A stretch of 64,000 nucleotides of DNA, taken from positions 558,001-622,000 of the forward strand of contig CATNEN010000030.1 in NCBI GenBank assembly GCA_950097015.1. The letters are read 5' to 3'. The translations under genes were made by a program, and so were the position numbers. Positions within the stretch are counted from its first letter, which is position 1, and each line of letters begins with the position of its first letter. The notes beneath the pieces are model-generated. The model ran no database searches. It was not told the DNA's origin and saw nothing but the letters and a program-made list of their open reading frames with translations. Positions 34,101 through 43,500 of the stretch are shown here, piece by piece. This DNA comes from Macrostomum hystrix (taxonomy: Eukaryota > Animalia > Platyhelminthes).

Positions 34101-35364
34101 TGCATCTCTCTCACCTGCTTGTTCTCTAACCTGCATCTCTCTCACCTGCTTGTTCTCTAAGCTGCATTTCTCTCACCTGCTTGTTCTCTAACCTGCTTCT
34201 CTCTCACCTGCTTGTTCTCTCACCTGCTTGTTCTCTAACCTGCATCTCTCTCACCTGCTTGTTCTCTAACCTGCATCTCTTTCACCTGCTTGTTCTCTAA
34301 CCTGCATGTCTTTCACCTGCTTGTTCTCTAACCTGCATTTCTCTCACCTGCTTGTTCTCTAACCTGCATCTCTCTCATCTGCTTGTTCTCTAACCTGCAT
34401 CTCTCTCACCTGCTTGTTCTCTAACCTGCATCTCTCTCACCTGCTTGTTCTCTAACCTGCATCTCTCTCACCTGCTTGTTCTCTAACCTGCATCTCTCTC
34501 ACCTGCTTGTTCTCTAACCTGCATCCCTATACCCAGGCCTGTGGCTCGGCCTTCTAATCGGCATCTGCATCACGGCGCCGAACTATATCTTTCTGCTGTG
34601 CCGGCAGGACTGGAACCGGCAGGCCGAGCTGGCCCAGGAGCGAATCCAGCTGGCTGAGGAGCGGCAGCGAATGTACGACACCGAGGCAGAGCTGGAGGGC
34701 TCCGGCCGGCGTGCGACCACCAAGGCTAAGCGGGGAGCCTCCGAGGTGACGGGTGCGTTGCATTTGCAGTGGGAGAACAGAAACGCTCCTGAAGTCTTCA
34801 AAGAACAGCACCTAAACCCATCGATGTCTAAACCATCCCGGGCTTCTATTCCAACATCCTCCCAGCCCCAATGCCAACATCCTCCCAGCCCAATGCCAAC
34901 ATCCTCCCAGCCCCAATGCCAACATCCTCCCAGCCCCAATCACATCCTCCCAGCCTCACAAAAAGCAGTACTGCACATGCATGTACTTCAACCACCGACC
35001 CGCAGCCCTGCTAGACGACAACGAACGCACGAGGCGACTGTCGACCGCATCAGCTGGCGGTCACCACAGGCGGATGCCCAGCAACCCGGCCTTCATCAGC
35101 AGCACGAGGGTGGTGCCGCTGCGCACGAAGCCTCACACAGGCAACTCGGAACAGATCAAGCGCATGGGGCTCATCCGGCTGGGCATCGGCCTGGCTTGTG
35201 TTGGCATCCTGCTGATCGGCGTGATCGGCCGCATCGCCACCCAGGACATCTACTATAACCGCGACGGCGGCGGCGGAGGCTTCAATGAAACAACTACGGC
35301 GGAATCAACGGACTTCAACCTGACTACGATGGCTACAGCCGCAGTGGCAGCTTGGGCAAATTGA
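28167..35364 (+). CDS. MATE family multidrug/toxin efflux transporter (SLC47A/MATE1-like), 11 coding exons
   Basis: Exons 28167-28341 (one extra base), 28436-28537 (CGHLTKDELDGAALAN), 28955-29072 (CDTLFSQSYG), 29216-29315, 30104-30146, 30263-30405 (RYLQNQ), 30918-31129 (LETFCWE), 32062-32129, 32238-32422 (RVGQNLGA), 33791-33993 (GALRGCGRQ), 34537-34752 and 35006-35364 (extra C-terminal TM helix). Junctions are phase-compatible; this listing has 12 segments including the frameshifted first exon. Confidence 0.92.
29377..29721 (-). mobile_element. tRNA-derived SINE, family 1, in a MATE intron
   Basis: Reverse complement of the 26070 and 33221 copies, with head at 29721 and (tta)n tail at 29377. 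Confidence 0.85.
29733..30060. repeat. Minisatellite, 32-bp unit with an internal 7-bp hairpin
   Basis: Tandem agaactctcgaggaactgaacacagttccagt, about 10 copies; GGAACTG-AACA-CAGTTCC is a stem-loop. Confidence 0.95.
31223..31816 (+). mobile_element. Full-length tRNA-derived SINE, family 2, with target-site duplication
   Basis: A/B-box-like head (gagtgggtcggcgg...gttcgattc), (gata)n tail, and TSD tagcccactgagagg at 31208-31222 and 31817-31831. A second copy is inverted at 41801-42387. Confidence 0.9.
33221..33547 (+). mobile_element. tRNA-derived SINE, family 1
   Basis: Same head, body and caccaaatgatgtgccattgccc 3' end as the 26070 copy. Confidence 0.85.
34024..34525. repeat. Pyrimidine-rich minisatellite (~31 bp) filling a MATE intron up to the acceptor
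   Basis: Tandem ctctaacctgcatctctctcacctgcttgtt, about 16 copies, ending ~10 nt before cccag| at 34536. Confidence 0.95.
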
Positions 35365-35654
35365 TTCGCTGCTTTTGTGCGAAAACTATTTTAGCAGCAT
35401 AAATGCTTGCAATACTAAGTAACAATTCACAGGTAAAATCCCTGATACCTATCAAGCAATCAAAATATAAACATTGTCTAGTTATCGGTTGCCAAGAAGA
35501 CTGTCATTTTCTTAAGTTTAAATTAATAATTATGTCTCCGTTTGTACATCTGAAAGCAATCAATAATAATTTGAGATCAGATAACAAATTTATATGTGGG
35601 TAATTTAAGATAGCTTTGATAAATCTGTCTAGATCCTACCGTTTTATCACAATA

Positions 35655-36597
35655 CTTCGGGTGTGTCATAAGTAATGTCACTGAGGGTAAAACAGACCAA
35701 CTAACAATCGCAGATGAACGAAACTGTATCAATCAACAACATACTCGTTTGTTTGTCGTGAATGCCACCAGCAGCATGGTCTTCTTGTCTGAGATGGACC
35801 TCCTGGTCACAGTCAGCCTGGAGTCCCCAGCTCCCAGCCAGCAGCGATTGTCTGCCTTGCTGCTTTTGCCATCCAGGTGGAGCCAGGTCTCATCCTCAAC
35901 AACCAGGCAGTTTAGGATGTCATCCAAGCCCCGGCTGCTGAACACCTTGCGGATCTGATTGGCGCAGTTCACACGGGCCTGACGTTGGTCCGCAGTGAGG
36001 TCATGGGGCACCCAGACCGAGCAGACGTTTCGGAGATGGAGATCCTCTGTCAAGATGCGATGGACTGTCTTGAAATCAATCTCCAAGCAGTCCGCTAGCT
36101 CCCTGACAGACTGCCGCGGGTCTTCCTTGACCAGGTCGCTGATGACTTCGATGTTCTCTATTGTCCTGGTTGAACATGGTCGTCCAGATCTGGCGGCATC
36201 TCCCAATTCGAACCCAGGATCAGTAAAGTTCTGAAACCACCTGTAAATTGTCCCGCGAGTTGGGCAGTTGTCTGGCAGTGTGTTCCGGAGATCCTCCTCT
36301 ACTTCAAGTGCAGATTTTCCAAGCTTGAAGCGAATGAAAGCGTAGAACTGGATGTGCGTCTTGTCGTGATTCATGTTGAGTTTTGCTCGTTGCAAAAAGA
36401 AGATTTATCGCGTTGCGCTTGCTAAATCTGATTAACAAATTCTTGCGACAGTTTTGGCCATAGACATTAAAATTGCTGCTCAGGTGTGGTGGCAACTTCT
36501 CAATAAATGTACTTTCAGAATATAATATATTTGGATGATTATTGCTTTGGGTTCCCGCACAACAACCACAGTGACATTACTTATGACACACCCGTAG
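35655..36597 (-). mobile_element. Mariner (Tc1/mariner) element, 3'-internally deleted
   Basis: ~33-bp TIRs (cttcgggtgtgtcataagtaatgtcactg / cagtgacattacttatgacacacccgtag) flanked by TA at 35653-54 and 36598-99. The transposase ORF 36374-35733 has HTH, RSGRP, WVPHDL and DETW motifs but ends before the rest of the catalytic triad. Confidence 0.93.
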
Positions 36598-37161
36598 TAT
36601 TAGACAAAGTGATAACGCACAACAAATCTTTAAATATAGCGGAAAACTCTATTAATACGAATATATAAATTGCACAAACCCGAATCAGTGACAAACCTAA
36701 GTGCCTTAATTAAAGAGAAAAAGTATTTTCCTTGGCCTGAGATTCGAACTCCCGACCTTTCGGTTAGAAGTCCGAAGCTTTAACAGCTGGACTATATTCT
36801 AGAAGCGTCACTCTTTTATTAAACTTGTCAGTCCGTCGATTCCTACTAACACATATTCCGCTGCATTGCACAGGGACGCGTCAGTGTGACTCAGCAACGG
36901 AGCTAAAAATAGCATTCACACATTTCAATTACCGATTTTGCGGGCCCTCGTCAGAGATTCTAAAAATAGACAGGCGGGGGAATCCCTCGCCGTCCTCCAA
37001 ACCCTCTTTTTTGGGCGGAGTGAGGGTTGCGTTTAAACCTGTGCCAGCGTGGCAAAAATCCATCGACGCAGTATATAAATAAGTCCAGTTGCACATCGTC
37101 TAAAACATCCGTTAGAGCACTTGGGTCTTAAGTCTCATTGGAATTCAAAGCCTCCAATACC

Positions 37162-37821
37162 ATGGATTATGACTATCTATTCAAACTAGTCCTGACCGGC
37201 TGCAGCTCGGTGGGCAAGACCAGCCTGCTGCACAGGTTCATGGACGACGAGTTCCTCTCTGTTGGCATACCAACCATCGGGGTGGACTTCCGCATCAAGC
37301 AGGCGAGCATCGATGGGCAGCAGGTGAAGCTGCAGATCTGGGACTCAGCGGGCCAGGAGCGATTCCAGGCCCTGACCAGGCAGTATTACAGAAACGCCAG
37401 CGCGCTCTGCGTTGTCTTCGACGTCACCGACCACGCGAGCTTCGAACGAGTAGCCGACTGGCTGGCCGAATTCGAGCTCTACGGCTGCTCCGACGCGCCA
37501 AAGTATCTGGTTGGCAACAAGAACGACCTGCCGGATAGCAAGCGCCAGGTGCCCAGACAGCTAGCCGAGGAGTTCGCTGCCGGCCGCGGCCTGACCTTCT
37601 TTGAGACGTCGGCCCGCACCGGTGAGCACGTGCAGGAAATGTTCCTGGGCATCGCTGGCAGCCTGCTGGGCATGGCCAAGCGACAGGAGCTGCAGCCATT
37701 GGGTCGGGGCATTGGCGCGGACCGCAGACTTCGCGGCCCGGCCACCCGGCCTGTACCGGCCGCCTCGGCCACTGTCCGACTGGGCCAGAAGCTGCAGGGA
37801 GCACTGTCTTGCTGCCAGTGA
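37162..37821 (+). CDS. Intronless Rab GTPase (Rab1/8/35-like, divergent), 219 aa
   Basis: YDYLFKLVL, G1 GCSSVGKT, switch I PTIGVDF, G3 WDSAGQERF, G4 NKND, G5 ETSAR, and a C-terminal CCQ prenylation motif. Confidence 0.92.
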   Translation: MDYDYLFKLVLTGCSSVGKTSLLHRFMDDEFLSVGIPTIGVDFRIKQASIDGQQVKLQIWDSAGQERFQALTRQYYRNASALCVVFDVTDHASFERVADWLAEFELYGCSDAPKYLVGNKNDLPDSKRQVPRQLAEEFAAGRGLTFFETSARTGEHVQEMFLGIAGSLLGMAKRQELQPLGRGIGADRRLRGPATRPVPAASATVRLGQKLQGALSCCQ

Positions 37822-38547
37822 GGCAATGCTGCCAGTTCAGTTGACTACTGAGCACACTGCATAGGTGTATGCACCTGCTTTGACTTTTACAGTGTCAGGC
37901 TATGTACACTGTTTTGGCCCTCATTTCTGGTCGAAAAATTGCACAAGCCATCTCTGCGCCCCAAATGAAAGTAGCCTCGCCGCGGATTCGAACTCAGAAT
38001 GTTGTACATACAGAATCACATACTCATCTGTGCATACTCGTGTCTAGCTATTTGGTTGAGTCATCAGTTTGTGCTAAATAAGCTATTGTACATTCGCGGC
38101 ATAAAACTGTTTACGCTTAATTAATAAATAAAACTTATTTCTGCTCTTACAGAACGGGACCCGTGCAGACTAGATCGAAAGGCTTCCTTAATAGCTCAGT
38201 TTAAATAAATGTATGAACTATATCTTATAGATACCTACAGACTGTACAAGAGTGTACAGAGAGAACGAAAGAATTAATAACTTGAAACACAAGCTGCAAC
38301 AGTGATTAGGCAAACAGGTAACTATAATTTTGTGTCCTTGTTTTTCGTTAAAAAAACAACAGGTGACAATTTTACGGTTTAACATATTCAAATGAAAAAT
38401 TACATGCTAACAAACCGGATAATAGGAGAGAAAATTCAAATGCAGAATTGAACATTTGTAGGAGCACTAAATACTAGTACATTACAATTACTTGACTCAC
38501 CCAGTTTCACAACTGGGACTGTAAATTACAGTGGTGAAGAATGGGTA

Positions 38548-40580
38548 GGGATGGGCTGGACTATCTAGCAGGGATGGGCTGGAATCTCCAGCAGGGATGG
38601 GCTTGACTATCTAGCAGGGATGGGCTGGACTATCCAGCAGGGATGGGCTGGAATCTCCAGCAGGGATGGGCTGGACTATCTAGCAGGGATGGGCTGGACT
38701 ATCCAGCAGGGATGGGCTAGACTATCCAGCAGGGATGGGCTGGAATCTCCAGCAGGGATGGGCTGGACTATCTAGCAGGGATGGGCTGGACTATCTAGCA
38801 GGGATGGGCTGGACTATCTAGCAGGGATGGGCTGGACTATCCAGCAGGGATGGGCTGGACTATCTAGCAGGGATGGGCTGGACTATCCAGCAGGGATGGG
38901 CTGGACTATCCAGCAGGGATGGGCTGGACTATCCAGCAGGGATGGGCTGGAATCTCCAGCAGGGATGGGCTGGACTATCCAGCAGGGATGGGCTGGAATC
39001 TCCAGCAGGGATGGGCTGGACTATCCAGCAGGGATGGGCTGGAATCTCCAGCAGGGATGGGCTGGACTATCTAGCAGGGATGGGCTGGACTATCTAGCAG
39101 GGATGGGCTGGACTATCTAGCAGGGATGGGCTGGACTATCTAGCAGGGATGGGCTGGACTATCCAGCAGGGATGGGCTGGACTATCTAGCAGGGATGGGC
39201 TGGACTATCTAGCAGGGATGGGCTGGAATCTCCAGCAGGGATGGGCTGGACTATCTAGCAGGGATGGGCTGGACTATCTAGCAGGGATGGGCTGGACTAT
39301 CTAGCAGGGATGGGCTGGACTATCTAGCAGGGATGGGATGGACTATCCAGCAGGGATGGGCTGGACTATCTAGCAGGGATGGGCTGGACTATCTAGCAGG
39401 GATGGGCTGGAATCTCCAGCAGGGATGGGCTGGACTATCTAGCAGGGATGGGCTGGAATCTCCAGCAGGGATGGGCTTGACTATCCAGCAGGGATGGGCT
39501 GGACTATCCAGCAGGGATGGGCTGGACTATCCAGCAGGGATGGGCTGGACTATCCAGCAGGGATGGGCTGGAATCTCCAGCAGGGATGGGCTTGACTATC
39601 TAGCAGGGATGGGCTGGACTATCCAGCAGGGATGGGCTGGACTATCTAGCAGGGATGGGCTGGACTATCCAGCAGGGATGGGCTGGACTATCTAGCAGGG
39701 ATGGGATGGACTATCCAGCAGGGATGGGCTGGACTATCTAGCAGGGATGGGCTGGACTATCTAGAAGGGATGGGCTGGAATCTCCAGCAGGGATGGGCTG
39801 GACTATCTAGCAGGGATGGGCTGGAATCTCCAGCAGGGATGGGCTTGACTATCTAGCAGGGATGGGCTGGACTATCTAGCAGGGATGGGCTGGACTATCT
39901 AGCAGGGATGGGCTGGAATCTCCAGCAGGGATGGGCTTGACTATCTAGCAGGGATGGGCTGGACTATCCAGCAGGGATGGGCTGGACTATCCAGCAGGGA
40001 TGGGCTGGACTATCCAGCAGGGATGGGCTGGACTATCCAGCAGGGATGGGCTGGACTATCCAGCAGGGATGGGCTGGAATCTCCAGCAGGGATGGGCTGG
40101 ACTATCCAGCAGGGATGGGCTGGAATCTCCAGCAGGGATGGGCTTGACTATCTAGCAGGGATGGGCTGGACTATCCAGCAGGGATGGGCTGGACTATCTA
40201 GCAGGAATGGGCTGGAATCTCCAGCAGGGATGGGCTGGAATCTCCAGCAGGGATGGGCTGGAATCTCCAGCAGGGATGGGCTTGACTATCTAGCAGGGAT
40301 GGGCTGGACTATCCAGCAGGGATGGGCTGGACTATCTAGCAGGAATGGGCTGGAATCTCCAGCAGGGATGGGCTTGACTATCTAGCAGGGATGGGCTGGA
40401 CTATCCAGCAGGGATGGGCTGGACTATCTAGCAGGGATGGGCTGGACTATCCAGCAGGGATGGGCTGGACTATCTAGCAGGGATGGGCTGGACTATCTAG
40501 CAGGGATGGGCTGGACTATCTAGCAGGGATGGGCTGGACTATCTAGCAGGGATGGGCAGGACTCTCTAGCAGGGATGGGC
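38548..40580. repeat. Minisatellite, 23-bp unit, ~2 kb, directly downstream of the ANAPC5 stop
   Basis: Tandem gggatgggctggactat(c/t)agca with ggaatctccagca variants, roughly 88 copies. Confidence 0.97.
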
Positions 40581-40586
40581 TGGAGC

Positions 40587-43500
40587 TCAGATCACGGTGA
40601 CAGGATCAGGCACAGCTGGCAGGCGGCCGTATTCGGCAGCTGCTCGGTTGCGCAGGCTGCGCAGGCCCAGTCTGTGGTACAGGTGCGCCAGCAGGAGGCA
40701 GCAGAGTCGCTGGCGGCTGACGCAGCCGACGATTCGAAAGCCCCGCCTGGCGGCCAGAAGCCGTCGGGCAGCGGCGCGGAGGCGGCCGAGGGCCGACATG
40801 GCCTGGCCCTCCAGCAATAGGAGGCGAGAGCGAAGGCAAAGCGAGGCCTGCGACATGAGGTAGCAACGGCCGGGCTCCAGTTGGGCCAGGGCGTCGGCTG
40901 ACCTGCCGGAGGCATGCAGAGCGGCAGCCCTGTACAGCCGCAGCAGGGGGCCCAGGTTAAAGAGGCGATGGCCTGCCAGCTGGCGACACTGGGCCAGCTC
41001 GGAGTGGATCAGGCTGGGACAGCGGCCAATCAGGGCCGACTCGCACAGCAGAAGGCGGGCGCGGACGGCCAGGACGGCAGCTGGCGTGCTCTTGTTGTCG
41101 TTAAGTATGGCCAGCGCCTTGGTGCACAGGCTGTGAGCGGAGTGCAGATTGGAGAGCCCCAGTTGGGCAGCGGCTTGTTTTAATAGCGAGTCGGCGGAGG
41201 CGCAGGGGTCGCCGCTACCGATGCAGAAGCTGCTGCTGCCGCTGCCGCTGCTGACTTCGCCTCCAAGAAGCTGGATATCAGCTGCGGCCGCTAGCGAGGC
41301 CGCCCTGGCGTGGTCCGAGGCGAACAGGGCCCGCTGGAACTGCAGCTCCCGTCTGGCCGTCTCAAGCGCCTGGGTTTGGGGTGAGCGCAGCTCGGTCAGG
41401 CTGCCCAGCAGGCTGTCTAGGAGATCGCTGGCCAGCTCAAATGCGCCCTGGGTGGGACACGGAAAAATCGAATTGAGCACACTGCTCTAACCTCCATACC
41501 ATGATTGAGCACACTTCTCGAACCTTCATACCTGAATTGAGCACACTTCTCGAACCTCCATACCATGATTGAGCATACTTCTCGAACCTTCATACCTGAA
41601 TTGAGCACACTTCTCGAACCTCCATACCATGATTGAGCACACTTCTCGAACCTTCATACCTGAATTGAGCACACTTCTCGAACCTCCATACCATGATTGA
41701 GCATACTTCTCGAACCTTCATACCTGAATTGAGCACACTTCTCGAACCTCCATACCATGATTGAGCACACTTCTCGAACCTTCATACCTGAATTGAGCAC
41801 TTACTTACTTACCTTGCAGGGGGGCCTGGGCACTTGACGCACAAACACAGGAACGGCATGCCCCCAGGCCGGCGAACTAGGCGAGAGCCGCCCATCGCGC
41901 CGCCTCCCCTGAGCAGGCACCTCACACACACAGCAGCAAGCCAAGCGGGGAAGGGGGCGGCAGCCGGAGTGCCTCTCACCCCAGGCCCGCACACGCACAG
42001 AGCAGGCCAAGCCGGGGCGGAAGGCTGATAGAAATCAGTCCTCAGGGGGGGGGCGGGTGACGAGTGTACACTTTATCCAATCGCGCTGACGGAAATCCAG
42101 ATGAGCGCGCGGCGGTGTACACCCGCCCCCCAGCCACCCCCCGCAAGGTCTAACGCCCCAGCGCCAACGCACATAACTCATACAACGCAGATCAGGCACA
42201 CAGAAAGGTAGGAGCGAAGCTATTTATCAAGCTTTGATTGCACGAAATATGGTGCACCTCCGCCGGTCGCTACTGTCCAAACCCCCCCAACAAGTACCGA
42301 AATTAATCGTGACCTGAAGGGTGAATCGAACTAGCGTCCTTTGGAGTGCGAGGCAGCGACGTTAGCCGCTGACCCCCCTCGCCCCCTTGAATTGAGCACA
42401 CTTCTCGAACCTCCATACCATGATTGAGCACACTTCTCGAACCTCCATACCTGAATTGAGCACACTTCTCGAACCTTCCATACCTGAATTGAGCACACTT
42501 CTCGAACATCCATACCATGATTGAGCACACTTCTCGAACATCCATACCATGATTGAGCACACTTCTCGAACATCCATACCATGATTGAGCACACTTCTCT
42601 AACCTCCTTGCCTGAATTGAGCACACTTGTCTAACCTTCATGCCTGAATTAAGTCCTAACATACATATGAGAATTGAACTCACACCTAAAAAAGGCCATC
42701 TCAATGTCTGACCTGTTCGCCCAGTTGTACAGCCAGCTGAGCGGCTGCCACAGCTACGGACTCGTTGAGCAGTGGAACGCCGCGCTCGGACAGGTCGGTA
42801 AGCAGCAGAGCCTGGGCAAGCACGCTGGATACGCTGTGTAATCCGTACAAGTGACAGGCTGACAGCACCTGCTGCACATTGGAGGCCACAATAAGCTTGG
42901 GCTTGCCTGGAGAAGCGCCTCTGTCTAGCAGGATGCGAGTAAGAACTCCGCGCAATGGGACAGCGCCAGATAGAAGGCGGCGAGGATCGGATCGCATCTG
43001 TGCCAGTGCCAGTTCGGCTGGGGATCTGACCTGTGAGGTCAATGGGATTTTAGCTGGATCTAGCGATTGTCCTTCAGTTTCAAAGAAACACATAAAACTG
43101 GACGAATCAGAGAACTATCGCCATCCCCAATAATAATATTAACAATTCAATACCTTTCATTACCTCTGGCCTTTGTTAGGCCAGATGTGCAGCCGACAGC
43201 ACAGCCGCAGCTATTGCGCGGCGCATACTGCGTACTGCGTACGGCTGTTCAGTCCATGGACTGGGGGTGACGCCACACCCATCCTCAATTACCCCCAGCT
43301 AATGCTGGTACCTATTTAACAGCTGGGTGAACTGAAGCAATGCAGAGTTAAGTGTCCTAGCTGAAGGACACAAACTGTTTCAGTGGAGTCGAGAATCGAA
43401 CCCCCGACCTTCGGGAGTAATCCGACGCTCCAACCTTTAGTCTACAACCACTAGTGGATATACAGATACACAGACCCCAAATTTTTTTCAATCCGCTTAA

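Noticed and set aside
36730-36800. Possible tRNA-Arg(UCU) gene on the minus strand
   Set aside because: Anticodon and T arms are recognisable but the acceptor stem does not pair; treated as a SINE head or pseudo-tRNA.
38827-40385. ORFs of MGWTIQQGWAGLSSRDGLDY repeats
   Set aside because: Translations of a 23-bp minisatellite, broken whenever a TAG variant falls in frame.
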